From the human T2T-CHM13v2.0 reference genome, Homo sapiens, in NCBI RefSeq assembly GCF_009914755.1, contig NC_060925.1: a stretch of 64,000 nucleotides of DNA; one strand, given 5' to 3'. The stretch's first letter is position 1, and each line of letters opens with the position of its first letter. Below the pieces are notes generated by a model. It ran no database searches. It had not been told where the DNA came from and saw only the letters and a program-made list of their open reading frames with translations. Positions 1-14,225 of the stretch are shown one piece after another. The translations under genes were made by a program, and so were the position numbers.

Positions 1-925
1 CCTTGGTGGAGAGAGTGTGCTTCGCTGGGGGAAAACCCACTGGTCTGGGCCGTCTGGATTCCTCAGAACTACCAGGAGGAGAGGCTAAGTCTGCTGGTCT
101 GCAGAGACTGTGGCCACCCCTCCCCCCTAGGAGCTCAGGCCCAGGGAGATCTGAATTCTGTCCTTGAGCCTCTGGCTGGAGCTATTAGAGCTTCTGCAGG
201 GAAGTCCTGCCCACTGAGGAAGGATGGGTCAGGGTTAGACCTGGAGAGGCACTCTGGCTTCAGACTGCCACAGCCAGTGTGTTGGGTTGTGGGGACAAGA
301 CCTGGGACCAAGCCATCCAACATCCCTGGCTCCAGCAGGGGAAAAACACAGCCTGGAGCTTTAGAAATGGTTTCCACCCTTCCCCGCCCCAGGAGCTTAG
401 CATGTCAGGCAGTTGCGAATCCCAGTGCTGGCTGCTTCCCATCCCTGAAGAAACTCAAACGGCTTAGACAGCAGGCAGCTGCAGCCAGTGCTGCTCACCC
501 CTTCCCCCAGGAGTTCGGTAGGCTTAAGCAGATTCCAGCTGAGAGGCTGTAAGAATGTACGTTCTGAGGTTGGGATGTTAGGCCCCAGTGGCATGGGTTC
601 ACAAGTGGGATCTTCCCATCTGTGAGTTGCACAGTTCCATGGAAAAAGCGCAGTTTCCCCGACTGAGTAGCACATTCATTCACCGCCTCCCTTGGCTAGG
701 GGGAGGGGGTTCCCCTTTCCTGTGTGGCTCTCAAGTGAGTGGCCACACCACACTGCTCTTCCTTCTCTCCATGGATCATGCCAGCCTTCTAGTCAATTTT
801 GATGAGAAAATCTGGATACCTTGGTTGCCGGTGAAGGATTCACACGCTTATTATGTTTTTTTTTTTTTTATGGGAGCCTCTGAACGGCGCGGCTTCTATT
901 TGGCCACCTTGGCCCTACTCCCTCC
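1..925 (-). mobile_element. LINE-1 5' UTR (older primate L1PA8-L1PA13-like); element continues left of the window
   Basis: Reverse complement of the right end reads GGAGGGAGTAGGGCCAAGGTGGCCAAATAGAAGC, resembling the L1 start GGAGGAGCCAAGATGGCCGAATAG; GC-rich L1 5'UTR-like sequence throughout. Confidence 0.85.
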
Positions 926-957
926 AACTTTTTATATCATGTATTTTTTAATGGTAG

Positions 958-1372
958 TGACAGAGACAGGAGACAGCCAAATGCTGCCTAGGTCACTGCA
1001 CACAGGAGGTTTGCCTAAACATGTCCACAGTGAAAAATTCTGTCCGTAACACATGCACAGTAAGGGAAATAAATCAATGTGGAGTGGCTCAGAGTAAGGG
1101 CCCTCGTGAACACTGGAAGAATGGGGTGGAGTCACCAGGAATTCATGCCTCATGCAGGGGCAGGAGCTGAGCCTCAACTCACCTGTGGTGCCCTGGTATT
1201 CAATCTGTGAGGTGAGAGCCTGTTGGCAGGACCCTTTCTTTTTTGCTGAGAGCTTTCTTTTAATAAAATCTGCTCTCCTCACGTTTCAATGTGTCTGCGT
1301 GCCTGATTTTTCCTGGTCATGAGACAAGAACCCAGATTTTAGCTGAGCTAAGGAGCAAAAAATCCTGCATCA
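958..1372 (+). mobile_element. ERV1 (MER4-group) solo LTR
   Basis: TG...CA termini (TGACAGAGACAGGAGACAGCC ... AAATCCTGCATCA), AATAAA at ~1262, 4-bp flanks GTAG/GTGG consistent with an ERV1 TSD. Confidence 0.8.
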
Positions 1373-1439
1373 GTGGTATGGGCATTGCTATTAAGCAGTG
1401 ATTAAATATTTAATGATGTACAGAATTATTATTCATAAT

Positions 1440-1695
1440 TTAAGAAGAGATAATATTTTTATGGATATGTTTGAAAAGAAGCATTATTTTTTAGAGAAAC
1501 ATGCTGAGCTATTTACATATAAATAATATGATGCTTAGATTTGCTTCAAAATAATCCAGGTGCAGGGAAGTAGGTGGGTTGTAGTTGAAATAAGACCAAG
1601 AGTTAATAATTACTGAATCTGGGTGGTGGGCACATGAGCTTTATTAATTATTCTATTTTTGTATATATTTGTCATTTTCAAATTAAAATATTAAA
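1440..1695 (+). mobile_element. Ancient L1M (L1MC/L1ME-like) 3' end fragment
   Basis: Motifs GATTTGCTTCAAAATAATCCAG and ATTATTCTATTTTTGTATAT typical of L1M 3' UTRs. Confidence 0.6.
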
Positions 1696-1699
1696 AATT

Positions 1700-2610
1700 T
1701 TAATCAACAAAGGTCTAATACCCAGATTCTATAAGGAATTTAAACAAATAAAAGAGCAAAAATTAAATAATTCCATCAAAAACTGGGCAAAGGACAACAG
1801 ATATTTCTCAAAAAAAGACATACAAGCAGCCAACAAACGTATGAACAAATACTCATTATCACAGATCTTCAGAGAAATGCAAATCAAAACCATAATGAGA
1901 TACCACCTCACTTGAGTCAGAATGGCTTTTGCTAAAAAGTCAAAAAAAATAACAGATCCTGGCAAGGCTGCAGAGAAAAGGGAACATTTATACACTGTTA
2001 TGGGAATGAAATTAGTCCAGCCACTGTGGAGAGCAGTTTGAAGATTTCTCAAAGAGCTAAGACTTGAACTACCATTCAATCCAGCAATCTGATTACTAGG
2101 TATATACCCAAAGGAAAATAAATTGTTCTACCAAAAGGATGCATGCACTTTTATGTTCATCATGTTCATCACAGCACTATTCACAATAGCAAAAACATGG
2201 AATCAACCCAGGTGTCCATCAACAATGGACTGGATAAAGAAAATGTGGTATATATATGCCATGGAATACTATGCAGTCATAAAATGAATGAGATCATGTC
2301 CTTTGCAGCAACATGGATGCATTTGGAGGCCATCATCCTAAGTGAACTAAAGCAGAAACAGAAAACCAAATACTGCACATTCTCACTTATAAGTGGGAGA
2401 TAAGCAATGGACATAAAGATGGGAACAATAGACAATGGAGGGGAGAGAGAAGGAGCGGGGCAAGGGCTGAAAAACTGCTTATGGGTACTAGGTTCACTAC
2501 CTAGGTGACGATTTCAATCAAACCTCAAACCTCATCATCACGTAATATACCTTTGTAACAAACTTGCATGTGTACCTCTTGATTCTAAAATAAAAATTGA
2601 CCAAAAAATG
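1700..2610 (+). mobile_element. 5'-truncated L1 (L1PA16/L1PB-like): ORF2 C-terminus plus 3' UTR
   Basis: ORF remnants EMQIKTIMRYHLT and MSFAATWMHLEAIILSEL; ends in CTAAAATAAAAATT plus A-rich tail. Confidence 0.9.
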
Positions 2611-5600
2611 TCAGTCATATCAGACTTGAAAATTTAAAAATGAAAGATATGTTGCTACCTTCAATACCATAGACAATGTTCTCCTTAGGGAAGCCTAGCC
2701 TAATTTAAAAAAATGCAAAAGCAAGTGCTTTTTTTTCTAGTGCTCTCTATCAAGGTTATTTAATTTTTTTCAGACTACAGGAGTATTGGAGTCTAATATA
2801 AGATTTTGGAAAATTATTTTCAATTTTAGAAATGTAGGAAAAACAAATTAGTCTTTTCAGGGCATGGATGAAATTTAGCTTGAGCTTCTTAGCTAGGATT
2901 TATGTGAGAAAACCCAGAGGAACACATAAGCACAAACTTCCAGCTCCCGTTTGCCTTGTGTGCCTATTAAGTCTTCATCACCATTACTCTGCCAGAGAGG
3001 ATTGTGACTCTGCCATTAGAAGGTGTGGGCTTCAGTCCTGCCTCTAATCTTTTTAACCTTCATATGTAACTGTAAAATGAGTAGATTATATCTATTTCCT
3101 AAAAAATTGTGAGGTTTAAATGAAAAAAAAGGGTAAGTGCTACATAAGGTGGCTAGAAATTAATAGATGCTCAATACGTGTTATATATGTTTTTATTTTT
3201 TACTCCCGTTCTAAAGGAATAATATCCACTGCACATGGTTGTTGTCACCATTGAGTGAAATAATACTGTGTTTAAAAGTGGTTATTAGTTGTTATTATGC
3301 TTGTGTTATCATTAGACCACAAGATAAGATACCATTCAGCAGACTGCTTATTTCACATAGAGTTTTTGGGAAATATGGTTCATGGTTTGGTGGACTTCCA
3401 GAGACCCAAGTAAATTGACATCATCTCCAGAGCATGTTTACTTGGGTGAGATTGGTATTGATTTGTTGGAGCTCAGAGGCATGTTTGCCAGAGTGAGTCT
3501 GTCCTCGATTGTCTGACTTTCAGAAGGGAGGTGCTGGCACTGGTTGGTTGGTTTGTGAAAGTGTGTTGTTCATAGAGGTGAGTTATTGATAGATTGAATA
3601 GGGCAAAACATGGTTTTGATGACTATTTGTTACAAGGCAACAGAATAATGAAGTTTTCTTAAGTTTGTAAGAACTTTTAAATATTTATCTATCACTTTTT
3701 GCATGCCTACTAGTTTCTCTAGAATATATCTCATCTAGAAAAATAAATCTTGTACCCTCTGATGCTGAATACCAGGGCACAGCTCCCAAGAGAATGGAAA
3801 GAAATAATCCCCTATTTATGGTTTCAGGATAAGCCAAGATGTTTTAATTCAATATGAAAGACTTGCCAAAATTTGTCAATTTTGTGAATTTTCATTTTGT
3901 TTCATCTACATTTATCAACTGATTGGTTAGACAGTTGAAATTTATTGGCAAATGTAGCAATGCAAATGCTTAGCAAATTTCACTGGCATTACTCTTGGTG
4001 AGAGAAATTGATGGTCCTAAGGAGAGGGTGTGACCAATTCAACTATTTTCAAGGACATTGAGAGAGTTATCGATGAATAGACATTTTCTCCTAACATTGA
4101 ATTTATTTTTTCTATCAGTGTAAAAAGGTAACTTTTGAATAATTATGATGTTCACTAAACTTGTGTTTGTTTTGCTTAATGACTTGTCCACTGTGTTATT
4201 TCCAAGCAAGTAGCAAGCACTGAAACTCTCAAGGATAAAATGCAGACAGACTCACAAAACTCAATCAAGGCCACCAATCAGCTTGTGACTCCAGTCACAA
4301 TTGCTTACTTCTGTCTACATCTTCTCCCATCAGCCATTATTCATGATCTGCTTAGCACAGCTCTCCTGAGGCTATTTCCTTTTTCAGAATAAATAGGTTA
4401 AGGCTTAAGCCTGGAATAAAGATGTTACCTCAGTTGCCAGCGGCCTTCTGTGGTCCATCTAATTCCAGTCTTCACCCTAGTCTTTCAGTCTCAGATAGGG
4501 TTGAGCCAAGATATCCAGGTACAACTGGGGCAGGCGATAATTGGCTCCTCTTAAAGTTGATATTCTTTAAATATTTATAGCACATTAAAATAGTGAGGGC
4601 AGGAATGATGGAAATATCAGCAAGATGTTTTTGTTTGTTTTGTTTGTTGGCTGTTTGTTTATTTTTATTCAAAAGGACTGCCAACTTGAGTTGCAGTAGA
4701 ACCAAATTACATGTCACCAGGTAGAATAGAAGGCTTGTTAATGGGCCTCCATTTAACCAACTTGTTATATAAACTGACACCATTTCTCCTCTGGAAAGCA
4801 TAATGGCTCATGCCAACACTATGCTGAATGTTCACAGCCAGTAACTACTTTCTAGTACACACCCCACCCCACAATTCTACCCCACTGCTCTCACTCAACA
4901 GTCAGTATAGTGCACAAAGATAGAGAATTGTTCTGTAAAATATGAATTGAATGTTTCTGAAAGACTTGATAACATCTGGGGGCTAAAATATGTCTATCCA
5001 GTTGGTGTGGGTGAAACAAAGCTTGGAAAAGAAATTTTTAAAAATCTTAAAACATTTTTATACTCATGTTATTTTGTAATTGTCTTAAATTCTTGGTTCA
5101 CTTTGAAGAATGTGAAACTCAAAATTATAGCCCCTACATTATGAATGTGGTGTGTGGTTTATATAAGAAAGGATAGTCAGGGCAACAGACCATAATAGAT
5201 CTGTATGCAAATGAAAGGCCTTGGTCCTACTTCAAAAGATGGGTACATTCATGTTTTAGTGAAAATAAAATTTCAACTCATATATATATATATATATATA
5301 ATTTTTACAGATTTGTCACTTTAGCTGATTTTTTTAAATTGAGAAATTTCAGTTGCATCTGATAAGGAAGTTCTATCTACACAGGAGTCACCTATGGAGG
5401 GGGCCACATTGTCATCCTGGGCTGACTAATATTCATATTCTTATCTCCTGGTCTTTACTTTTTGTCCTGTATTTGGACCTCTGCTTTTCCTGACACTTTC
5501 CTTTAATATATTCATTACCCATATTTATTGGTTCTAACACTTGATCTGCTTGGGTACACGGGCATATTGTAACCTCTACTTACCACCCCTGGTTTCTCAG

Positions 5601-5839
5601 TTCATCTAATTGATGCCAGGAAATGCATCTCTGCTACTTCTGGTCTCTCTGCTAATTCTAGCATAAAATTGTGGACCCATGTTTGAAAGCCCCATCTGAA
5701 TAAGAATGTTCAGGAAGACACTTGTTGCCAGTGAGTAGCTACATACAATACATAGCAGCATTAATTGAACACTATATTTTTTCCCACCACTGTGCCCTCA
5801 GCATTGTAAATAGTCAATACAGGTTTGTACAATGAACTG

Positions 5840-6060
5840 TTAAACACTTATTACATGTCAAGAATTTTATTGACCATATCTTATTTAATACATCAACTTT
5901 ATGAAGCAGATGTTGTTATCGTCATTTGAAAGGAGATGAATCTGAGGCAGAGAAGTTTAGTGGTTTGACAAATATCAGATAGCCAGAAAATGAAGTAAAC
6001 AATGAAGAGGATTTGAATCCATACCTTTTTGACTACAAACACTGAACTTTTAACCTCCAT
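5840..6060 (-). mobile_element. MIR fragment
   Basis: GATGAATCTGAGGCAGAGAAGTTTAGTGGTTTG ... GGATTTGAATCC resembles the MIR core in antisense. Confidence 0.6.
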
Positions 6061-6139
6061 GTAGGTTCTGCTTTATGTTAGCTTTGTTAAGGCAAATGCT
6101 AAAAATGTTACCATTTAAATTAAAGAGGAAGACACAAGT

Positions 6140-6440
6140 TAGTTATTCACTCATTTATTCATTCATGCTTCCAACACATCTACTGAGCACTTATAATTTG
6201 CTAGGCACTAGTGCTTGGTAGGGAGACTGGAGTTGGGAGTATAGCCCCACACTACTGTCTGGGAGGCTCTGCCCTCCATGAGTCTCACACACTTGCTGGA
6301 CCTGACATGCTTCTAAAGTTACAGAGATAGATACAAAGTTATTGCCTTCTTAGAGATTACATTCTAGTAAGGAGAGTTAGAAATAAACAAATAAATATAA
6401 AATACATTAATATGACAAAAGGATAAGTTATTGAAGTACT
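6140..6440 (-). mobile_element. L2 3' end, interrupted by a 98-bp insertion at 6210-6307
   Basis: ATTCATTCAT...TACTGAGCAC...CTAGGCACT before the insert and TGCCTTCTTAGAGATTACATTCTAG after it are colinear L2 3'-end motifs. Confidence 0.7.
6210..6307 (+). repeat. Dispersed direct duplicate of 9026-9125
   Basis: Direct comparison: one substitution and one 2-bp (TC) indel over ~100 bp. Confidence 0.97.
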
Positions 6441-8624
6441 GTGGTAGAGCTCTTTAATTCCTTTGAGGAACTAATAATTTGATTGAGGAGACAAAGCATG
6501 ACTACATTAAAAGTTAAACAGTTAAAAGTATCAAGCAACCTAAACGATAATAATAAGAATATAATAATAATAATGTAAGAACCGAAACAAAGCACTGAAG
6601 ATTAATTTCTATTAAGTATTGTAGAAAACAAATGATGGAAGTGTAGAAGAGGGGAAGATTTCTCTGGGCTGCAGTGTTCTGGGGAAGTTTTCTAGGGGGA
6701 AGAGACTAAAATGTAGATAGGGTTTGGCTGGAAGGAGGGAGGAAAGTACTCTGGGACAATGAAAACAAGTTAATTGTCTCAACGAGACAATGGAAAGTTC
6801 ATTTTCCTGCTGATAGTTGCTAAACGTGACAGATTTAAAGAGTGCAAGTTTGGCCCTCATGGCTTTTAACACTAAATCTGAAGTTCCATTCTATTTCATC
6901 AACCTGACCTCAGAAACATCAGCATGGTGCCTGGAAGCTCATGCATCAATTTCTGAGCCTCAACAGATGGATACGCTTTAAAAAAAAAAAATGCAAACAA
7001 AACACTACATTTACCATGCCCTGTAGAGTATGAAAATCTAGCTGACATTCTCATTTGCTCATCATCCGTCTCCTTTAATATGTCATCCATCATTTGCTCC
7101 TATTTCCCTTAAGAGCTTGTGAAAAGTTGGAGTGCAAATGGCCAAGCAGCCAAACGCCTTCCATTATTTCTCTGATGGGAATACAGGGGGGAAGTGAAGT
7201 TCCTCTGACAACAATGGCTGATGCAAGACAAGAGTAGGAACTTGAGTCTGAACTAGTAAAGCACTCCTCTGATGGGCAGGGCATTGAAATGATGGTTGAA
7301 GGTAGGGCATAGTTCTGTATCTACCCAGGGATAGGAGTATTTTGAAATAAGGTGTTGCCAAGTCACCATTCTAGAAAGGAGCCTCTTTGTCCATGCAATT
7401 GGAGTAGATGAGCAGAAGGGTAGGGCCTGGACCTTTCACACATCCCCCGGAGTCCTAAAATGGTAAACTCAAAATGAATCCTGAGGGCCAAGGTGGCTGA
7501 AACATATGTGGGGAAGTGTGAGAATATGATTTCAGGCAATGAAAGGAAGTGGTAGATGGCTTTTTTTCCCCTATATTGATGAAGAAGTTAAGGAAAGAAC
7601 AATACCATATTATAAAAACTGAATAAACAATATGTGCTATTATTTAACTGTTATTTGACTGCAGCAATGCCAGTTAAAAAGTGTCAGAGACACTTTTAGA
7701 GTGAGGGGAGTTGAATTTAATTTCCAGGGCTCAATAATTACCCATGGAGTCTTGTAACTCGAAGATTCAATTGCTTTCTTATATGGGCTGTTTTTCCACT
7801 TGTGATTTTTTTTTTTTTCTTGGAGTCTTTTTTGGGAGGTGGGGAGGGGTGGTATGAGGTTCAGATAAAAATAAAATTCACAATTGTTTGTGACATATAC
7901 AACTTTAATTATTTAGAAATATTTGAGTTCATCTAGTAAGAGGCAAGTTGTTCTAAAATTAAAAACTTTCCAGAATTGAAATGTATTATTATTCCAATCA
8001 CCAAAGTAAACTTTAAACTCAATGAATTTATATTAAATTCTGAGTGTTTAATAAAAGTCACTATGCTATGTTCCATGGGGAATATGAATAGAGACATTAT
8101 ATACATCTTTTGAGAAGTGCCAATCTTACTAATCTCCAAAACAAAATCATAAAAAAGAAGCAAAAAACATCATTGTAATAAAACTTTAGTGACTGTGTTT
8201 ATACATACATATTGGTTGAAAAATCCTACCAATGTCAAATGCAGACAAATAAGGTTTTCTACAAAGGAGTCCACTTACCCCTCTAAGTCAGAGGAAAAAT
8301 TTAAAAATTACAATTCTCATTTTGTCTTGATTTGTGCATGTTTCTACTCTCTCATAACATGATCAACACAGTCAGATTCTCCTTCAGCACTGGAATAAGT
8401 TACTGATTCTTGCTGTGCCTCAGGAATCAGAGCTGGTTCGTGTTTAGGGGCTTTTTTCAGTTCTGTGCTTGGACCTGGGAAAGAGGAGCCCCTGGCCTGG
8501 GCCCTGTGTTTCAGACAGCCTTCCTGAATATCACACAAAAAAGTAAATACATGTTTTAAAAACACATGACTACTTCCATCACTTGGAATCCAGAGCTCAG
8601 TACTAGAACTGTGTGATACATAAT

Positions 8625-10100
<1,476 letters not shown>

Positions 10101-10252
10101 TAAATACCTTCCCTTGCGATGTTTACCCTTCTGGGCCCAAGGACTTGCTTCTCCACCTCTCCCACCTTGTATCTTTGAAACAAAAGTCCACTGTGTGCAA
10201 ATGCAGTGAACGCTCGAGGGTGCTGCTGCTGACATGGAAAAGACCATTGCTT

Positions 10253-10254
<2 letters not shown>

Positions 10255-10306
<52 letters not shown>
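10255..10306. repeat. (GT)n microsatellite
   Basis: ~26 uninterrupted GT units. Confidence 0.99.
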
Positions 10307-10308
<2 letters not shown>

Positions 10309-10505
10309 TGGGAGCTGGGGGGTAGTAATGCCCAAGGCAATTATGGAAAGTTTGAATTGATCAGTTTGTCAAATCCTTACTCTCAGATAATATGAATGCA
10401 AGGGAATCTTGCATAATAAATATAATACATTTATATTTATAATTAATCTAATATAATAAATTTTATTATAAAAATAATAAAGTATTGTTTTCCAGTAGTA
10501 CCCCT

Positions 10506-11099
10506 GTTGTGGCTTTTTTACTCCCGTAGTTCAGTGAGCCAGGGTAAGTGGCACCCTGAGGCAGCTTTTCTCCTGTTGTTTCATGAGTGGGAGGGAATGT
10601 TATAGCTTTTACTCCCATTGTCTGCAGCTCAGCAAGCAGGAGTATTACAGCTCTTTTGCTACTGCAGTTTGGTGAGTTCTGGGTTCTTGTCCTGCGACCA
10701 AGAGGAATAAGGTATGTGGACACTAGAGAGTGAGTAAGGCAGTGTAGAATTTTATTGAATACAGAAAGAAAACTCTCAGCAACAAGAAGGGACTAGAAAG
10801 CAGGCAGCTGTCTGTGAGGCTGAGTGTGGGGTTTTTGTGGGCTTAGAATGGGGCCTGTGTGCTGATTAGTCCATGGGTGGTCTTGGAAAAAGCACCATTC
10901 AATTGGTTAAAAGGCATCATTCAGAAAGAACCACATGAGAAAGAGTGGTTAAGATAAGAATGGAAGTTCTCTGGTCGTAGACTCTATCTGGAACTGGCAA
11001 CTCAGTTTTCAGGCTTCAGACTGTCCTTGGTTTGAAGGTCAGGTTTCACTAGGATCTGTTCTTGTCTGCCTAGGAATTTGTCTGTCTCCTGTCCCTATC
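10506..11099 (-). mobile_element. ERV1 solo LTR (LTR27/MER61-like, MER4 group)
   Basis: Reverse complement starts GATAGGGACAGGAGACAGACAAATTCCTAGGCAGAC; antisense AATAAA (TTTATT at ~10751). Confidence 0.7.
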
Positions 11100-11189
11100 C
11101 CCCCCGACGTCCATATTCTTTCTTTTCTTGGTGTCTCAATTCATGGTTCTGAAGATTTTTAAGAATTATTGTGGTATTTACAGTTGGAC

Positions 11190-11950
11190 ACAGTAGTTGA
11201 GAGACATACTCACACTATAAGACATTTTACTCTTAAGTTTGTAAGATGCAAGTCTAGATATAATGTCTGTCAAATGTAGTATCAATTCTTTACATAGGCA
11301 GCTAGATGAACATTGGATACTAGAATTGTGAGCAGTCTTTTTATTAGAGAAAACTAAAAAGAATTAAAATTTTAAACCATTTTACCTTAATTTAAATATT
11401 CTAATTTACATTTTAGGTAAACATGAATTATAATTTATATCTTGCGTCTTAATTATAATGCTTTTATTAATATTTTAGCAAAATAACAAAACATATATAA
11501 ATAACTAATGCTTTTTTATTTACATTTTTATATACTTTGTATTTATATTTTGCTTTGTGCTAGAACAATATTATATTAAAACAAATTGTGAAAATCCTGT
11601 TTATAACAATGTAGTGATTTTGCTAAAACAAAAGAAGGAAAATAAATATTTATGAGATATATACATAATAATTTATAAATTGTGTATGTCTTTATTACTC
11701 ATCCAGGCATCACCAGCCCATAAACAGGACACCTCTACATGCATAATAATAATTAAATTCCATCATCTTTGTTGTTTTGCCAACTTCAGTCATATGAAAA
11801 CAAAGCCTTACCCATATTTAGTTTTTAACTTCCGTTAATAGTAAGGTATAATTGTCAAGGTTCAGAGGAGAGAAATTTTTACATAACTGTTTGTTAATTC
11901 AGGTTGATGGGCCTCCATGTTCAATTGTCAGGTGAAGGCCTATTGCTTTG
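11190..11950 (-). mobile_element. Possible degraded hAT (Charlie-like) internal fragment
   Basis: AT-rich sequence with weak resemblance to a hAT transposase 3' end; no clear terminal inverted repeats. Confidence 0.25.
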
Positions 11951-12409
11951 TGAAAACTTTGTCTCTTGAACCACAAAAACCCCACTTATAGAAAAGGATT
12001 GGCCTTTGGGAATGAGAACAACTGAGGGAACTGTGCTTTCAAATGTCTCAGGCTTACTCTGGGGGCTAGACTTGTTAAGCTTGGAACAGTTAGCAAAATC
12101 ACTTGCACTATCTAGATTGGCTTTTCTCTTTGACCAAGCACATATAGTTGAATCTCATAAGTTAAGTGTAAGTATGATGCTACTCCACTGTAACACGATA
12201 GCTGAAATGAGTAAATGGCTCATAATTAGTTATTTTATTAAGTTTGATATGTTATGGCAATGTTATCATTTTATATGGTTTTAGTATTTTATTTACCTCT
12301 GTCAGGATGCTGAAATAGATACTCAGACAGGACCTTCTGCTATAAAATAACTAATCATACCTTTTGATAAATTGTTAGAAAATAAGAAGAACTTCAAGTG
12401 TCCTTTCAA

Positions 12410-13333
12410 CTGTGAAGAACTGTAAAGAATCTCAGATTTTACCGTTTCAAGTTAACAAGTCCTGTGCCATAGTTTCAGGGATGCTAATAGAAGACTTGAG
12501 ACACCTGGGTCAGAGATGATGCATATTATTACTCACAGCACAGCAGACATCATAAGCTTCATGTTGTTGTAAATTCTTCTTTGTCCCCTAGCCCTATGGG
12601 GTATAGAGCAGTCCAGGGGAAATCTGTGCTCACAGTGGGTTTATGTCACATCTGAGGAATGCCCAGATTGGAAAAGCCCAATCTTTTAAAACAGCTGCTA
12701 TCAAACTTGTTCAACTTTTGCCCTAGCGGGAGAAATTATGGTTTTTATTCTGGATAAGTCTTCTTATTATTTATTTATTTATTTTTTTGAGACAGAGTGA
12801 AGGAAGTCAGTGATAGCTTGATGGGAATAGCACTGAATCTATAATTACTTTGGGCAGTATGGCCATTTTCACAATATTGATTCTTCCTATCCATGTCACT
12901 CTGTCATCCAGACTGGAGTGCAGTAGCATGATCTCAGCTCACTGCAACCTCTGCTTCCTGGGTTCATGTGATTCTCATGCCTCAGCCTCTTAAAAAGCTG
13001 GGATTATAGGCACATGCCACCACACCTGGCTAATTTTTGTACTTTTAGTAGAGGTGGGGTTTTGCCATGTTGCTCTGGCTGGTCTCAAACTCCTGGCCTC
13101 AAGCGATCTGCCCTCCTTGGCCTTTCAAAGTGCTGGGATTACAGGCGTAAGCCACCCTGCCTGACCCTGGATAAATCTTCTAACTTCCCTAAAGGGAGTT
13201 ATTATGTTTAGCTTCCAGGACTGTTTGCTATGCAAACATCCTAGAGAAAATAGTTCAGAACAAAAACTGCCAATGCCTGTATTCAGAAGGTGTGTAGAAA
13301 TGTGAGAGACTCAGGGATAATTTTCTCCCAATA
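12410..13333 (-). mobile_element. ERVL LTR40-like solo LTR interrupted by AluJ
   Basis: Reverse complement begins TATTGGGAGAAAATTATCCCTGAGTCTCTCACATTTCT (LTR40 start); left end matches GTAAAATCTGAGATTC-type LTR40 3' end. Confidence 0.75.
12765..13166 (-). mobile_element. AluJ (AluJb-like) carrying a ~97-bp L1 ORF2 insert
   Basis: CTCAAACTCCTGGCCTCAAGCGATC; TSD CTGGATAA(G/A)TCTTCT at 12750-12764 and 13167-13181; ~100 bp longer than a normal Alu. Confidence 0.92.
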
Positions 13334-13559
13334 CCCACCGAAAGTAACTTAATAAACAAACAGCAAATGCAAAGTGAGCTTATTCTGAGAGCAAATGTCG
13401 ATGTCAGAATATTGAACTTTGGACCAGTAGCATGGTCGGAGAGTTGAAACAAAGAACATTAGAAATTAATAGGATTCTAAAAGGAAGTTAACGTGGCCTC
13501 AGGTCAATAATATCCACTGATTCCCAACACAAGCAAATAGTTATGAAGAGAAAAAGTAG

Positions 13560-14225
13560 TCTCAAAAAGAAATCATTCCATCATTAAGTGCTCCTGATTA
13601 CCATATAATAAGACCAAATAAATATGAGCTCACAGTTCAGCACCACTAAACACATGAGGAAATAAGCCACTGTAAGTGCGAATTACCAGAAACAATAAAC
13701 AATAGATTCAGACCTGAAGATTCCAGAGGCAGAATCAAAAATAATTTTGTACATATTGCTTAAAGAAGTAAAATTTGAATTTACAAAATAAACATGAAAT
13801 AAAAGATTGTAAAAAGATTATCAGAAAAGTCTGAAACATCACCAAATATAATTTTTAAGAAATGAAAAATATTGACATAGTTGAAAACTTCATGGATGGG
13901 TTAAGTAGCAAATTAGGCCAGCAGAATAGAAACATAAGTAAATTGGAGAATAGTTGTGAAAAAAATTATTCAGAATTATGGAGATGCACAGATGAAAGCA
14001 TAAGAAACATTCAAGATATGAAAACTAGAATGAGAACGTCTAACAGATTTAATTTGTCTCAGAAGGGGAGAACAGAGGAGAAACAATGACAAAATTTTCC
14101 TGACTTGATTAAAGCATGAATTTTCAGACAAAATAACCCCAGTGTATAGCAAACAATATAAGTAGAAAGAAATTCACAAATAGGGACATTGTGATGAAAC
14201 TGCAGAGCATCAAAGATGAAAAGAT
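13560..14225 (+). mobile_element. Ancient L1M ORF1-region fragment
   Basis: Translation 13862-14089 (MDGLSSKL...ISKLENS...IRNIQDM) is L1 ORF1 coiled-coil-like; ends at TGTGATGAAACTGCAGAGCATCAAAGATGAAAAGAT. Confidence 0.7.

Noticed and set aside
3404-3447. 11-bp inverted repeat as a possible pre-miRNA
   Set aside because: Stem too short and loop too large.
4676-4720. Possible 45-nt plus-strand exon
   Set aside because: AAG acceptor after a simple GT-rich tract and a weak GTAGAA donor; insufficient support.
8270-8300. Strong minus-strand donor GG|GTAAGT
   Set aside because: No plausible exon could be delimited; isolated donors are frequent.
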